A DNA stretch of 64,000 nt from Pseudobdellovibrionaceae bacterium (GCA_947462815.1 CANHQR010000004.1:13099-77098), one strand, 5' to 3'. Shown: positions 40,313 to 49,843, numbered from the stretch's first letter. Numbers and translations are program-made. Notes: generated by a model not told the origin, from the letters alone.

Positions 40313-41243
40313 CCCTCGATTTGACAGGCCTGAGGGACTTCGCCTTCTTATTGACCCGAACCTTAGGCTGCGCCACTCGAGACTGAGCTTCGGCCGCTAA
40401 AGGCTTGGCCAGCTTTCGCAACTTGAGGGCACGAGGCACTGACTTCTTCGCTGGATAGCGGAGCGCATGACGGATCACCCAAAGCCGCTGAGGCGAAGCG
40501 CCCTTCAACCAAGCTTCGGCCCATTCCAAGGCCAAATCCAGGTTGTCTTTCGCCACGTCGCCGAGATGATTCGCTACACTTCGCCGCACATAGAGGGAGG
40601 AATCATCCTTCAGAGCTTCCAGAATGGAGCGCGTCGGGCGCGGATTTTGAATCAGCGCTGGAATTCTCATTCCCCAAGGTAAACGAGGCCGACTTCCCTC
40701 TGAACACCATCGGCGCACGTGCTCACTTTCGTGTTCCACCCACTGCTTGAGAAGTTTCAAACTTCGCTCGGGCTCGCGAATGAGGAAAGGCCGCACGGAA
40801 AATTCCGCCGTAAATCTTTGGGTCAGTTCGCGTTGCGCAAGCATGGACGCCATAAAGGGATCTCGGCCTCCATTGCCTTCGGCATCGAGTCCGTAATTCG
40901 CAATGAATTGGCTATGGGGCAGATAGAAGAAGACCCCTAGCCCCAAATTCTTTTCCAACTCGCGCGAGGGCATGGAATTCATCAAAATTTCGAGCGCTTC
41001 TTCATACCGCTCAGGGAGATGCGACCTCAATACCGCCGCGATTTGGTGGGATCGTTGAAACAAGGACTGCCCGCCTAAGCCGCGAGCCGCTTCGCGAACA
41101 AAACTCTCAGCAGCAAACGCGGGATGCGCGCTGCTAAGATTTTCGGCCAACACGCGAAGAGCTGGCGGCGAGAGAATTTCTGCGAGAGAACTACCTTTTT
41201 GAATCGAGCCTGCGCCCGCGGGCGGTGCCTTGAGTTTCGCCAT
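40278..41243 (-). CDS. DNA alkylation repair protein (AlkC/AlkD HEAT-repeat family)
   Basis: 'LTQRFTAEFSVRPF', 'HVRR..SEGSRPRLPW', 'LKDDSSLYVRRSVANHLGD..KD'; basic C-terminal tail. Confidence 0.9.
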   Translation of the reverse strand: MAKLKAPPAGAGSIQKGSSLAEILSPPALRVLAENLSSAHPAFAAESFVREAARGLGGQSLFQRSHQIAAVLRSHLPERYEEALEILMNSMPSRELEKNLGLGVFFYLPHSQFIANYGLDAEGNGGRDPFMASMLAQRELTQRFTAEFSVRPFLIREPERSLKLLKQWVEHESEHVRRWCSEGSRPRLPWGMRIPALIQNPRPTRSILEALKDDSSLYVRRSVANHLGDVAKDNLDLALEWAEAWLKGASPQRLWVIRHALRYPAKKSVPRALKLRKLAKPLAAEAQSRVAQPKVRVNKKAKSLRPVKSRVKARTPKRADG

Positions 41244-41331
41244 GCACGCACCTTCGCATAGGGTGAGTGGCGACGCAACCCAGAGGCCTCGCTCTTCGGA
41301 TCGGCTCAGCCCCCAAAAGAGCTGGCCGAAC

Positions 41332-41727
41332 TCACACCTTTGATCTGAGAAGCTCCGCATAGGCACGATCTTCCACATCGATGTGCTCGCGCAGCCATTG
41401 ATCGCAAAAGTTGACTGTGTCCTTCAAGAGTTGCCGCTTTTGCTCCAGGCCTTCGGCCTCACGAAGTGCCGTGTAAACTTCCATGGCTCGCACGCGAAAA
41501 TCGCGGTGCAATCCCACATGCGACTCGAGAAAGTCCTCGAGGCCCTGCTCGGCCAAAAACGTTTCTTCCAATTCCAAATGCGTCTTCGCATAGTTCACCA
41601 GATCAAGAATCAAGAGCTGCACGTCGCCCTCGTCGGGTTCCGGCCTCTGACCTCGATCGATCAGCTCAAAAAGCCGGGCGTGCTGAGCATCCATTTCAGG
41701 TACACCGATTCGATATCGCTCTTCCAT
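41332..41727 (-). CDS. bacteriohemerythrin
   Basis: 'IGVPEMDAQH', 'YAKTHLELEE', 'H...H', 'WLREHIDVED.AY' di-iron ligands. Confidence 0.9.
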   Translation of the reverse strand: MEERYRIGVPEMDAQHARLFELIDRGQRPEPDEGDVQLLILDLVNYAKTHLELEETFLAEQGLEDFLESHVGLHRDFRVRAMEVYTALREAEGLEQKRQLLKDTVNFCDQWLREHIDVEDRAYAELLRSKV

Positions 41728-42542
41728 TAGCTCATTCCTTTCGGTGCGGGTTTGGAAAGATCGCGGCTTGGGTTCACCCGGCCGGGGATCGAGGACTCCA
41801 CGCTCACCTTCGCCCGAGGCGTCGTATCCGAGCTTACCGCATGCGCATCAATGTACTGTTTCTTCAACCACAGACGGACAGCCGTCAATGTCGACCGCGA
41901 ATGGCCCAGGAAGGACAATCGACTTTCAAAGTGATCCTCACCCGCTCGAGGCTGGCTACTCACCACTCGAGCCCAAACTCCCAGAGAGTTTTCACCAAAC
42001 ATCGGGCTCTGCAATCGCAAAGTCTCGCCCGTCTGAAACTGCACGGGACCGCGAAGCACAACACTATATTCCGAAGCGCGCAGAACGTCCGTTGCAATTG
42101 AAACCTGCAGCGAGCTCGTCACGTCTAAACTGAACAAGAGGTCTTCCTTGAGCAGTCGCGTCGACCCCAACGCGATCTGCAGCTTCTGAAACAAAAAGCT
42201 CAGATCCACAGGCTTGGTGATGAGATCCGCGTAACCTTGCCAGAGGAGCTTTTCCACTCCATCTAAATCGCGCTCTGCGCCCAAGAGAATAACCGGCGCA
42301 TTTTGATTCCCGAATTGCACAGAGAGTCCTGCTCGTAACTTCCTCACCCAATCCGCAGAGTTGGGATCATGAAAGGCTTCGTCGAAGAGCACAGCGGCAA
42401 ATTAATGTTGATGACCGTACTCGGCAAAATTTCGGCCGTTGGAGCAGGGATAAACCTTCAGTGGCTCAACGCGGATCTTTGATGCGCCCTGAATATCTTT
42501 GGCGAGCTGAAGATCATGGCTGAATAGCAAGATGGATGGCAA
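41727..42542 (-). pseudogene. receiver-like plus PilZ-like protein interrupted by an in-frame TAA
   Basis: RBS ggagg and TTG at 42542. Reads MPSILLFSHDLQLAKDIQ...YGHQH*FAAVLFDE with TAA at 42402-42404, then stays in frame through 'PVILL', 'ITKPVD' and a PilZ-like beta domain. Confidence 0.7.
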
Positions 42543-42566
42543 ACGAACCTCCGCGAAAGCGGATGC

Positions 42567-42596
42567 GCCTCATGCAGCCTCATGCAGCCTCATGCA
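42567..42596. repeat. 10-bp tandem repeat (gcctcatgca) x3
   Basis: Read directly; flanked by the inverted pair cggatgc/gcatccg. Confidence 0.9.
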
Positions 42597-42840
42597 TCCG
42601 AGTGCATCTGATCGCCAAGTTTTCAGTCTATCGAGACTTCGGCCCGAGATCGCGCGGAAGTCAGACTTGAGAACATTTGATTCGTCAATACTTCGGGTGT
42701 GGGCCGAGTCCCATCGCACAAGGATTCTGGCGATCTCGACTTCACGACTTTGAACCAATTTGAAACAGCTGAGCCGTGAGGCGGAGAGCGTTAAGGTCAC
42801 TGAACCCGGCTTTTTTCCGCGCGCATCGCCCACAAAACTC

Positions 42841-42849
42841 TGTTACACT
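42841..42849 (+). promoter_or_regulatory. extended -10 element of the ssrA promoter
   Basis: TGtTACACT, 13 bp upstream of the mature tmRNA 5' end. Confidence 0.5.
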
Positions 42850-42862
42850 CTCCAAGTTCACC

Positions 42863-43210
42863 GGGGGCGCACTGGTTTCGACGTGGGTGCTGAACTCCGA
42901 GGAGCATGCCGGGGCGCACGAGGTCCTCGTAAAAACGTGCAACTTGTAATTGGCAACGATTACGCTCTTGCTGCTTAATGCACGCAACGCGACCGACTCT
43001 TTGATCGTGTGAGTCGAGTTCGCGCAATTTAGCGATCTCGGGCGCGCTTGGTTTTCTCCAGCGAGCGCGCTCTAAACAAGCTGGGGGAGGGACAGAAAGA
43101 AGTGTGTCGTTCAACGTCCTTCTGTCATCCAAAATTGAGCGACTAAGCATGTAGCCCGCCTCGTGACGGATCTCTCGCGGACGGGGGTTCGATTCCCCCC
43201 GCCTCCACCA
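42863..43210 (+). ncRNA. ssrA: tmRNA (transfer-messenger RNA)
   Basis: 5' GGGGGCG pairs with 3' CGCCTCC-ACCA, giving the G3:U alanine determinant; 'ggtttcgac' near the 5' end; T-arm GGGGTTCGATTCCCC; tag frame 42952-42978 encodes GNDYALAA*. Confidence 0.97.
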
Positions 43211-43355
43211 ATTTCAGAGTTTGAGAACCCGGGCCGTCCCCCGGAGTTCTCGCCACTCGATTTTGGGAATTGGTTACGGATTTTAATAAGTTGATCTGAG
43301 CCGCAGCTCTGAAGCGGCAAATCCAAGAATGCAAAATGGGGACGAAAACGTTGAA

Positions 43356-43394
43356 CCCGAGGGGCTGAGACAACACAGACTTCGGGCTTTTTTT
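43356..43394 (+). terminator. rho-independent terminator downstream of ssrA
   Basis: cccgagg...cttcggg stem followed by c and T7. Confidence 0.6.
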
Positions 43395-43424
43395 ATGAGG
43401 TGGGGACGAAATGGAGAAATTGTG

Positions 43425-43547
43425 ATGATGGACATGAACCACATCCAGTTGAATACGGCGAATGTTGATGCCGCGGCTAAGTTTTATGGCCACTTCTTCG
43501 ACTTCACCGTCCAGAAGAAGCATGGGGATGGTTTGTTTCTCTGGAAC
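43425..43547 (+). pseudogene. VOC/glyoxalase family gene, 5' fragment truncated by IS3
   Basis: RBS ggag; MMDMNHIQLNTANVDAAAKFYGHFFDF is a typical VOC N-terminus; ends exactly at the IS terminal TGA. Confidence 0.75.
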
Positions 43548-43646
43548 TGACCTGGCCGGCTTAAATTGGTCCAGATGAAATGTTAATCTGGGCCCGAAAG
43601 GTCTGTCTTGTTTGATTGGTCCGCTCTGAGGCTTAGAAGTTCTGCG

Positions 43647-44489
43647 TCAACAAGCGATCTGTGTTTGCATCTTTCTGCGTGCAAATTCTCTTGGTGTCAA
43701 GTTTCCGATCGAACTGTGAGGCTTCCATTCGTTGTATTCGATTCTCCATTTCTCGACGATCTCTTTTGCATGTGCGAGCGATTGAAAAAGATGAACGTTC
43801 AGGCATTCATCGCGAAGCTTGCTGTTGAACGATTCGATGTGCCCGTTTTCTGTGGGCTTTCCAGGACGAATGAAGAATAACTTCACGCCGTTGATGTAGG
43901 CCCACTGGTCCATGATCTTCGAAGTAAACTCCGACCCATTGTCGACGCTGATCGTTTCTGGTAGCCCTCGAGTCACGCGAAGATACTCGAGCATCTCGAC
44001 AACATGATTTGATCTCAGTCCAAAATCGAGTTCGATCCAAAGACATTCTCTCGTAAACTTATCGATCAGATTTAGCGTTCTGATTTTCTTCCCGCAGATC
44101 AATTGATCGTGCATAAAATCCATCGACCACACTTCGTTAAGTTTAGTTGGCTTTGTCGGCGGCACGCGAAGCTGCGTGATCACGCGGCGTCGACGCTTGG
44201 GCTGAGTTCTTACATAGAGATTTTCCTCTCGGTAGATTCGGTGGACTTGGTCTTTGCCGAGCTTAAAACCCTCGCGGAGCAGCAGTATGTGTAGCCTTCG
44301 ATAGCCATAGCGTGGTCGGTCTTGAGCGAGCTCTTTCAAGCGAAGACGAACAGCTCGGTCATCACGAGGATGTGGCTCATAGCGAATCGAGGAACGCCAT
44401 TGATCGAAGAGCCTGCACGCGTAGCGTTCACTCACGCAAAACTTCGCCATCAAATGCCTGATGGCGAAGCGAAGTCTTGCAGGCTTCAA
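43647..44489 (-). CDS. IS3 transposase OrfB (DDE integrase core)
   Basis: 'RYGYRR', WSMDF (D), VDNGSEF (D), IESFN (E), 'YN..KPHSS'. Confidence 0.95.
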   Translation of the reverse strand: MKPARLRFAIRHLMAKFCVSERYACRLFDQWRSSIRYEPHPRDDRAVRLRLKELAQDRPRYGYRRLHILLLREGFKLGKDQVHRIYREENLYVRTQPKRRRRVITQLRVPPTKPTKLNEVWSMDFMHDQLICGKKIRTLNLIDKFTRECLWIELDFGLRSNHVVEMLEYLRVTRGLPETISVDNGSEFTSKIMDQWAYINGVKLFFIRPGKPTENGHIESFNSKLRDECLNVHLFQSLAHAKEIVEKWRIEYNEWKPHSSIGNLTPREFARRKMQTQIAC

Positions 44490-44752
44490 AACTTTTTTGA
44501 AACGACCTCTTGAAGCATTTGTTTATCCAGAAGTAGATCCGCAACAAGTCGCTTCAACCGGGAAATCTCGTCGTCTTGCTGCTTGAGCTTTCTGAGCTCT
44601 GTGACGCCAAGGCCTGCGTATTTACGCTTCCAGGTGTAGAACGTCTGCTCGGTGATTCCGAGCTCACGAACGATGTCTTTTATCGCCTCGCCGGCCTCTT
44701 GGCGCCTCAGCGTGTGGATGATTTTTTCTTCTGTGAATCTCGACTTTTTCAT
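44486..44752 (-). CDS. IS3 transposase OrfA (HTH)
   Basis: MKKSRFTEEKI...GITEQTFYTWKRKY...LKRLVADL; RBS ggag. Confidence 0.93.
   Translation of the reverse strand: MKKSRFTEEKIIHTLRRQEAGEAIKDIVRELGITEQTFYTWKRKYAGLGVTELRKLKQQDDEISRLKRLVADLLLDKQMLQEVVSKKF
44492..44498 (-). other. -1 programmed ribosomal frameshift site A AAA AAG
   Basis: The minus strand reads tcA AAA AAG ttt tga at the orfA/orfB overlap; this is the canonical IS3 slippery heptamer. Confidence 0.85.
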
Positions 44753-44863
44753 GGGTCTCCTTATGGTGATTTGGAGACCGCTTGTCACGTCGCTTCTAAG
44801 ATTTTGATGGACCAGTTATTTCAAAGCAGGCCACATCTGGACCAATTTAAGCCGGCCAGGTCA

Positions 44864-45913
44864 CGTGCATCTTCTAGGCTTAGGAGCCAGTGAGCGTTGA
44901 GACACTCGTTGCGGAACTTCCCGTTGAATGACCCAATAAATTCGTTCTCGTTTGGTTTTCCGGGATTGATGAAATCAAGTTTAATTCCGCTAGCATCAGC
45001 CAACTGATTCATTACTGCTCCGGTGAATTCGGATCCATTGTCGATACGAATCGAAGCTGGGAGAGCTTCGATCGAGTCGAGTGCTCGAGCGACTCTTTGG
45101 CCTGGGATCGAGAAGTCAACGTAGAGCGCTTTCCACTCACGCGTTAGCTCATCGATGACCGTGAGTCCACGGAACCTTCGGCCTGATGGACCAAGCTGAT
45201 CGGAGACGAAGTCCATCTACCAACGCTGTTTTGGCTTCGCGGGCTTTGGCATCGGAACGCGAGGTTTGTGATCCTGCCTTCGACCTTTTGCGATGCTCGA
45301 TTGAAAGACTCTCGGCCTTGTAGATACGTCGGAATTTTTTTTTTCATTTTGATTCCATCCACTCGTTTCATCCATCTCAAAAGTTGGCCATAGCCCCACG
45401 ATGGACGGTCTTGCGCCCGCTGCTTGAGTAGCGCGATAAATGTCGGATCATCGACACTACTTCAAAGCGTGGCGATTTGCTTTTCTTGAGAGCTTTAAGA
45501 GCCTACAGGCACGGCACTCGCTAAACTGATGCTGCTCTTGAAGACGCCGAGCCGCCGCCTTCCTGGCCTGAGGCGCTACCACTTTCGACTGTTCACGTCC
45601 TTCAGTGCGATGATGTCGAGGACTTGCTCGGGAACCAGAAGTTTAAGCTTTGCGTTCTCCGTCTCGAGTGCTCGAAGTCATTTGGCATCGGATGCTTCCA
45701 TGCCGATAAACTTTGCTTTCCAGCGATAGATCGTCTGCTGGGTGATCGAGTGCTGCCGATAAACTTCCTTGATCGGCATCCCTTTTTCGAGCTGCTGCAA
45801 TACCTGACTGATCTGTTCTTCCGTGAACCGTACACCTTTCATTTGCCTCTCCTACGGTCGATTTTGAAACGAGGAGACTCTCAGCCAGTGGCACTAAGAT
45901 CAGTGCGCACTTC
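44864..45913 (-). mobile_element. degenerate IS3-family element (pseudogenised orfA and orfB), 3' end cut by the intact IS
   Basis: orfA from 45842 reads MKGVRFTEEQI...ASDAK*LRALETEN (premature stop). orfB is fragmented: 'W*MDFVSD', 'DNGSEF', 'PGKP', 'FRNECLNAHW'. The outer boundary is approximate. Confidence 0.85.
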
Positions 45914-45945
45914 GAGTTTCGATTCTGATTAGGTGAATGATAAGC

Positions 45946-47022
45946 CTAGAGTGACAAAAAACCCTCAATGTATCTAGGGGAACACATATGGTGTTCTGGC
46001 AGTGAGACATTTAAATGGTAGATTTGCTTCATCAAATCTCCCAAGTAGCCGGGATGCCCGATGCGCATATGGATTTTAACGTAACCCGGAAATGTCAGCT
46101 TCGAAACTGGGATGCTCTTCCAGTCGCGTTCCTGATTGATCCAGCTCAAGTCAGCCTTGAAGTTGAAGTCGTGTGGACTGACTGTTGTCACTGAGGAATT
46201 CAGTCTTGCTCTTAAATACCGGCGAAGTAAGTGAACCACTTGTCGGGACCCCGAATTGTAAGCCAGGTTTGATAGAATCCCACGAAGAGAAGAGAAGTGT
46301 CGCTCATCAAGGCGCGTCTCTTTCAACAGCGGATAGATACCGAGAAGCTTCATCTCTTCCTCAATCAGTATTTCCAGATGGCGATAGAAGAGAACTGTCA
46401 GGACCGTATTTTTCAATGGATTGTCTGGCCACGAAATCGCAATGCAACGATGTTGAGGACTTGATGATATGTTCTCCGCAATCAACTTCCAGTGTCCGAG
46501 AATAATTGAGCAAGACTGCCGCTCGCTCTTCGTTTCGGCTTCCTTTCGAAATTTTTCTAGCTGCCTCGATAAATCGCCAAGAGCACCTCCCGTGAGTTGC
46601 CCAATTCCTGCATCGCTACCGCCGCCGAGAGCCGCGTGGAGGAATCCACTTTCACCTTTGATCTTTGGCACAAGGAACTTTGCATCCACGTCAAAGCAAT
46701 CGCTGGCAATCGCAAGAGACTTGTGTGCGAGCTGGACATAGTCAGGAGTCAGGCAAGGGGGTTTTGCGCCCCGCACGGGTATGCCCGTTGGAGAGTCGCA
46801 GCGAGCAAGGAAGCTGACTTCGCCTTTCTTTTTTCCGAATCCGAGCCACGAATTCATTGAAAAAGAGACGCATTCTTGGGGTAGCTCGTAGGGCGAGGTG
46901 TAATCTAGAACTCCGCGAAATTTCTCTGGTACCTCGAACTTTTCACAAAATTCCATGGATGCATGCGCGGATTGGCAATTCAAAATTAGCCCAACAACGA
47001 TGCACTTCAACATCTTTATCAT
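45946..47022 (-). CDS. secreted lytic transglycosylase (SLT)-like protein
   Basis: Signal peptide (AHA-S), Cys-rich N-terminal part, 'KIKGESGF' (catalytic E-S), 'GIGQLT', 'LAYNSG'. Confidence 0.75.
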   Translation of the reverse strand: MIKMLKCIVVGLILNCQSAHASMEFCEKFEVPEKFRGVLDYTSPYELPQECVSFSMNSWLGFGKKKGEVSFLARCDSPTGIPVRGAKPPCLTPDYVQLAHKSLAIASDCFDVDAKFLVPKIKGESGFLHAALGGGSDAGIGQLTGGALGDLSRQLEKFRKEAETKSERQSCSIILGHWKLIAENISSSPQHRCIAISWPDNPLKNTVLTVLFYRHLEILIEEEMKLLGIYPLLKETRLDERHFSSLRGILSNLAYNSGSRQVVHLLRRYLRARLNSSVTTVSPHDFNFKADLSWINQERDWKSIPVSKLTFPGYVKIHMRIGHPGYLGDLMKQIYHLNVSLPEHHMCSPRYIEGFLSL

Positions 47023-47526
47023 CGCCGAGTCAGAAGCAAGCACAGTGCCCACTTACAAAATCTATTTCACTTTAAAAAAGCTAACTGATTAGGCTGTCCA
47101 AAAAATTGACAGAATTATCATCCGACGCACGATGGTCTTACTAGTTTTTTTGGACGACGCGCCATTAATCCCGGTCGATGCATCGACTAGGACAACACTT
47201 CTGTAAACTACGCGAGATTTTGGCCCGTCCTTCTTACCTCGTTTTTTGAAAGATTGCGGGTTCTCAACGTCGATCTCGCTGAACAGTCGATGCTCGATCT
47301 CGGCCCCGATGCGGGAGTACTAGCACGCGAGTTCGCCGAGAAGGACGGTCCTCAGATCCACTTCGACCTCGCATAGGCCAACAAACAACCGTTCGGTGAT
47401 CGAGAGTTAAACGTCATCACCGCTAATCAATGTCGGCTCGACTTCGATGACCTCAACGTTATTCATGAAATCTGGAGATGACTCAAGACCCGCGGTATTT
47501 TGGTCACCAGCTATTTCTCATGACCT

Positions 47527-47794
47527 GCTCCGCGTGACCCGCCACAACACAGCTTGGCTCAAGCCGGGAATGGTCGCTCAGCGGGCGAAGAATCGCCCCA
47601 ATCAGTTGGGCTCGACGATTTGTCGCATCCTCAAAGTCGAGGGCCGCAGGCTCTTTGTCGAAGGCTTGGATGCGGTTGACGGTACACCCGTGCTCGATCT
47701 CAAGCCCTGGGTGCATGAGTTCGCGCCACGTGGTCCAACTTATCAGCCGAACTGGATCACCGAACTCATGTCGGAGTACTGGAAAAAGTCCTGA
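47527..47794 (+). pseudogene. TrmO/TsaA (YaeB) family remnant, C-terminal half
   Basis: 'AQRAKNRPNQLG', 'GLDAVDGTPVLDLKP', 'QPNW..ELMSEYW'; the N-terminal half and a credible start are missing. Confidence 0.75.
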
Positions 47795-47833
47795 AGTCCC
47801 TCTCATTGAGACAACGCGAAGACCGATCGGCGC

Positions 47834-48199
47834 TTAGCGACTCGCTGATGTCTTTAGACTTCCGAGAGCGCGGGCCACTTCGCGCCCTTTCACACGCGCT
47901 CGGTCGCCAGAGCGATTGAGGCGTTCCAGCAAGTGATCCGCGACATCCGCCAGCGCCGCATAGAGATTGGACGCCGACTTTTCGAGCGTCAGATCGCGAT
48001 AGCGACCCTCACGGCAATGAAATTTCACGGTGAACTCGTCCGGGCCGGCCTGCTCGGAGGAGTTCTGCATGCTGAGTGTGACCACCACTTTGGCGTCGAC
48101 AAGGTCCGGGAATCTCTCAAAAGCTGCGGCGAGGCGTTCTTCGACTATCTCGCGCGCGAGCTCGGATGCTTCAAGGTTCTTGAACTTGATCTGAATCAT
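47834..48199 (-). CDS. HPF/RaiA family ribosome-associated protein
   Basis: 'IQIKFKNLEASE', 'VVVTLS', 'NLYAAL..VAD.L..RL'; RBS aggagg. Confidence 0.75.
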   Translation of the reverse strand: MIQIKFKNLEASELAREIVEERLAAAFERFPDLVDAKVVVTLSMQNSSEQAGPDEFTVKFHCREGRYRDLTLEKSASNLYAALADVADHLLERLNRSGDRARVKGREVARALGSLKTSASR

Positions 48200-48234
48200 C
48201 AGCACCTCCTTGCGATGAATGAACCGTTAGTGAA

Positions 48235-48690
48235 CTAAATATGTCCCTCAAGCGGCCGAGACTTCTCCAATTCCGTCGGATATTCGCCCGGTTGCTCGCC
48301 CCGAAGTTCGTTTGGAGCGCCCGCTGCGGGCTGGCCGATGCAGGCCACGCGCAACTCGTCGAGCGTCTGGCGCAACGGACGGTCCAGCCAAGGCTGCACC
48401 GAGGCCAGCGACTGCGCTTGACTCCAACAGCGCGAGCCTTGCTGCGCCATCTGTGAGACGGAGGCCGTAGCGGCGGGTAGTTGGACGGCATCAATCTGCA
48501 CCGTCGGCACGCGATCCGCCACAAAGCCAAACAGCGCAACGCTCGCCCAAATCCCCAGTCCTGTCACAAGCACCATGAAAAGACCTGCAACAACGGCTAA
48601 GCCTTTGAGCTTCCGCTTCAGTTGCGGACGATGGTGGGTCTGCTTCTGTAACTGCTTTAGAATCTCCATCAGAATGTACCGTTTCATCAC
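48235..48690 (-). CDS. hypothetical single-TM protein
   Basis: RBS gaggagg; basic N-terminus, one TM segment, periplasmic part with a Cys pair. Confidence 0.65.
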   Translation of the reverse strand: MMKRYILMEILKQLQKQTHHRPQLKRKLKGLAVVAGLFMVLVTGLGIWASVALFGFVADRVPTVQIDAVQLPAATASVSQMAQQGSRCWSQAQSLASVQPWLDRPLRQTLDELRVACIGQPAAGAPNELRGEQPGEYPTELEKSRPLEGHI

Positions 48691-48818
48691 GCCTCCTCGA
48701 CGACCTTCAGAATAGCAATTTTTCCGCGCTCACAAAAAATTGATAAAAAGCCGAATTTGTATCACTTAAAGTAATCTATAGGACAAAGGGCGCGTTTCGG
48801 GTCGGCGTGATCAAGACC

Positions 48819-49703
48819 TTAGATGCGGAAGTTTTGAAAGAGCTCACGCGCCAAACGGTTCTCAATCTTCCGACTGGCCGTCATCAAATGGAGATCCTCA
48901 AACACCGACGAAATGACACCAATTTCAACGAGCTCCCCAGCTAGAATTTGTCGTGTTACCGCATGTGTCGGGACTGGAAGAAGCCCGAGCCCGCTGATCG
49001 CCATGAGCTTTTTCACACCGATATCCTGGCTCTCAATCAAGATGTCAAAGTTGAGGCTTCTCGTCTTCGACCAATGATCAAAATCATATCGCAACTGACT
49101 GTCGTGAGTTGGCAAAATCATGGGTTGCCCCGAAAGGGATCTTGGGAAGTCCTTCCGCAAAGGCTTGAACGGTGGAGCGCCGTAGATTCCCACGCTCTTA
49201 TGACTGATGCGCCGATGTTGCAAACCCTTGGCATCGGGAGAATTGGGAATGAAGTTGGTCAGCAAAAGATCAACTCGGTGACCGAGGAGTTCTCTCAATA
49301 ACTCATCGGGCTTCCCCTCGAGCAAGGTGATCTGACAGGGCGAGATCCGCAGCGCGGATTTCACAAGCTGAAGAACAATCTGTTTGGGAACATTATCCAA
49401 TGCGCCGATACAGAGCGTGGGCTTGGCCGGGCGTAATTGATCATGCATGGCCTCGAGCATTTCGGAGCCCATCTTGAAAATGTTGCGCGAATACTCCAGC
49501 GCAATCTGACCTTGTTCGGTCAAAATCAGACGCTTGTGTTGCCTTTCAAAGAGCTTCACACCGAGGTGATCCTCGAACTGCTTCAGTTGTGCGGATAAAG
49601 TGGGCTGCCCAACGCGTAGTTTTGCCGCAGCCTTCGAGACGCTGTTCTCCTCGGCGATTGTCTTAAAATAAAAGAGATGATGGTAGTTGATCCATTTATC
49701 CAC
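48819..49703 (-). CDS. LysR family regulator, NhaR-like
   Basis: 'WINYHHLFYF...AA.KL.VGQPTLSAQLKQFE', 'IGALDNVPK', 'LL..L..HRVDLLL'. Confidence 0.9.
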   Translation of the reverse strand: MDKWINYHHLFYFKTIAEENSVSKAAAKLRVGQPTLSAQLKQFEDHLGVKLFERQHKRLILTEQGQIALEYSRNIFKMGSEMLEAMHDQLRPAKPTLCIGALDNVPKQIVLQLVKSALRISPCQITLLEGKPDELLRELLGHRVDLLLTNFIPNSPDAKGLQHRRISHKSVGIYGAPPFKPLRKDFPRSLSGQPMILPTHDSQLRYDFDHWSKTRSLNFDILIESQDIGVKKLMAISGLGLLPVPTHAVTRQILAGELVEIGVISSVFEDLHLMTASRKIENRLARELFQNFRI

Positions 49704-49742
49704 AGCCTTCTCCTCCCCAAGTCTGACACGCTCCAGGACCAT

Positions 49743-49830
49743 AATACCTATCTATTGTTTTATCAGATATCGATTAATATTTTTATCGATTTTAAGAATG
49801 TTTATAAAAATGCGACGATAACGCTCATTC
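49743..49830. promoter_or_regulatory. AT-rich divergent promoter region with LysR-type ATC...GAT elements
   Basis: 'tatcagatatcgattaatatttttatcgat' between the NhaR-like gene and terC. Confidence 0.55.
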
Positions 49831-49843
49831 AAGGGGTTAATCG

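Larger units (their letters stand above)
43548..44863 (-). mobile_element. IS3-family insertion sequence, intact, 1316 bp
   Basis: Perfect 30-bp terminal inverted repeats TGACCTGGCCGGCTTAAATTGGTCCAGATG (43548-43577 and 44834-44863), TG...CA ends, orfA/orfB. No flanking direct repeat. Confidence 0.95.

Noticed and set aside
43315-43395. c-di-GMP-I riboswitch-like string GGCAAA-TCCA...TGGGGACGAAAA
   Set aside because: P2 pairs poorly, GACGCAAA is altered, and there is no P3 tetraloop receptor. A terminator plus direct repeats explains it better; an Rfam RF01051 scan would settle it.
42760-43523. ORFs 42760-42978, 42797-43150, 43111-43326 and 43143-43523
   Set aside because: They overlap the tmRNA; 'LVEAGGIEPPS' is the typical antisense translation of a tRNA-like 3' end.
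44821-45216. 131-aa ORF as a functional transposase
   Set aside because: Fragment of the decayed IS3 orfB. It follows an in-frame stop, has the catalytic Glu region altered (FIGSFN), and its C-terminus reads into the neighbouring IS inverted repeat.
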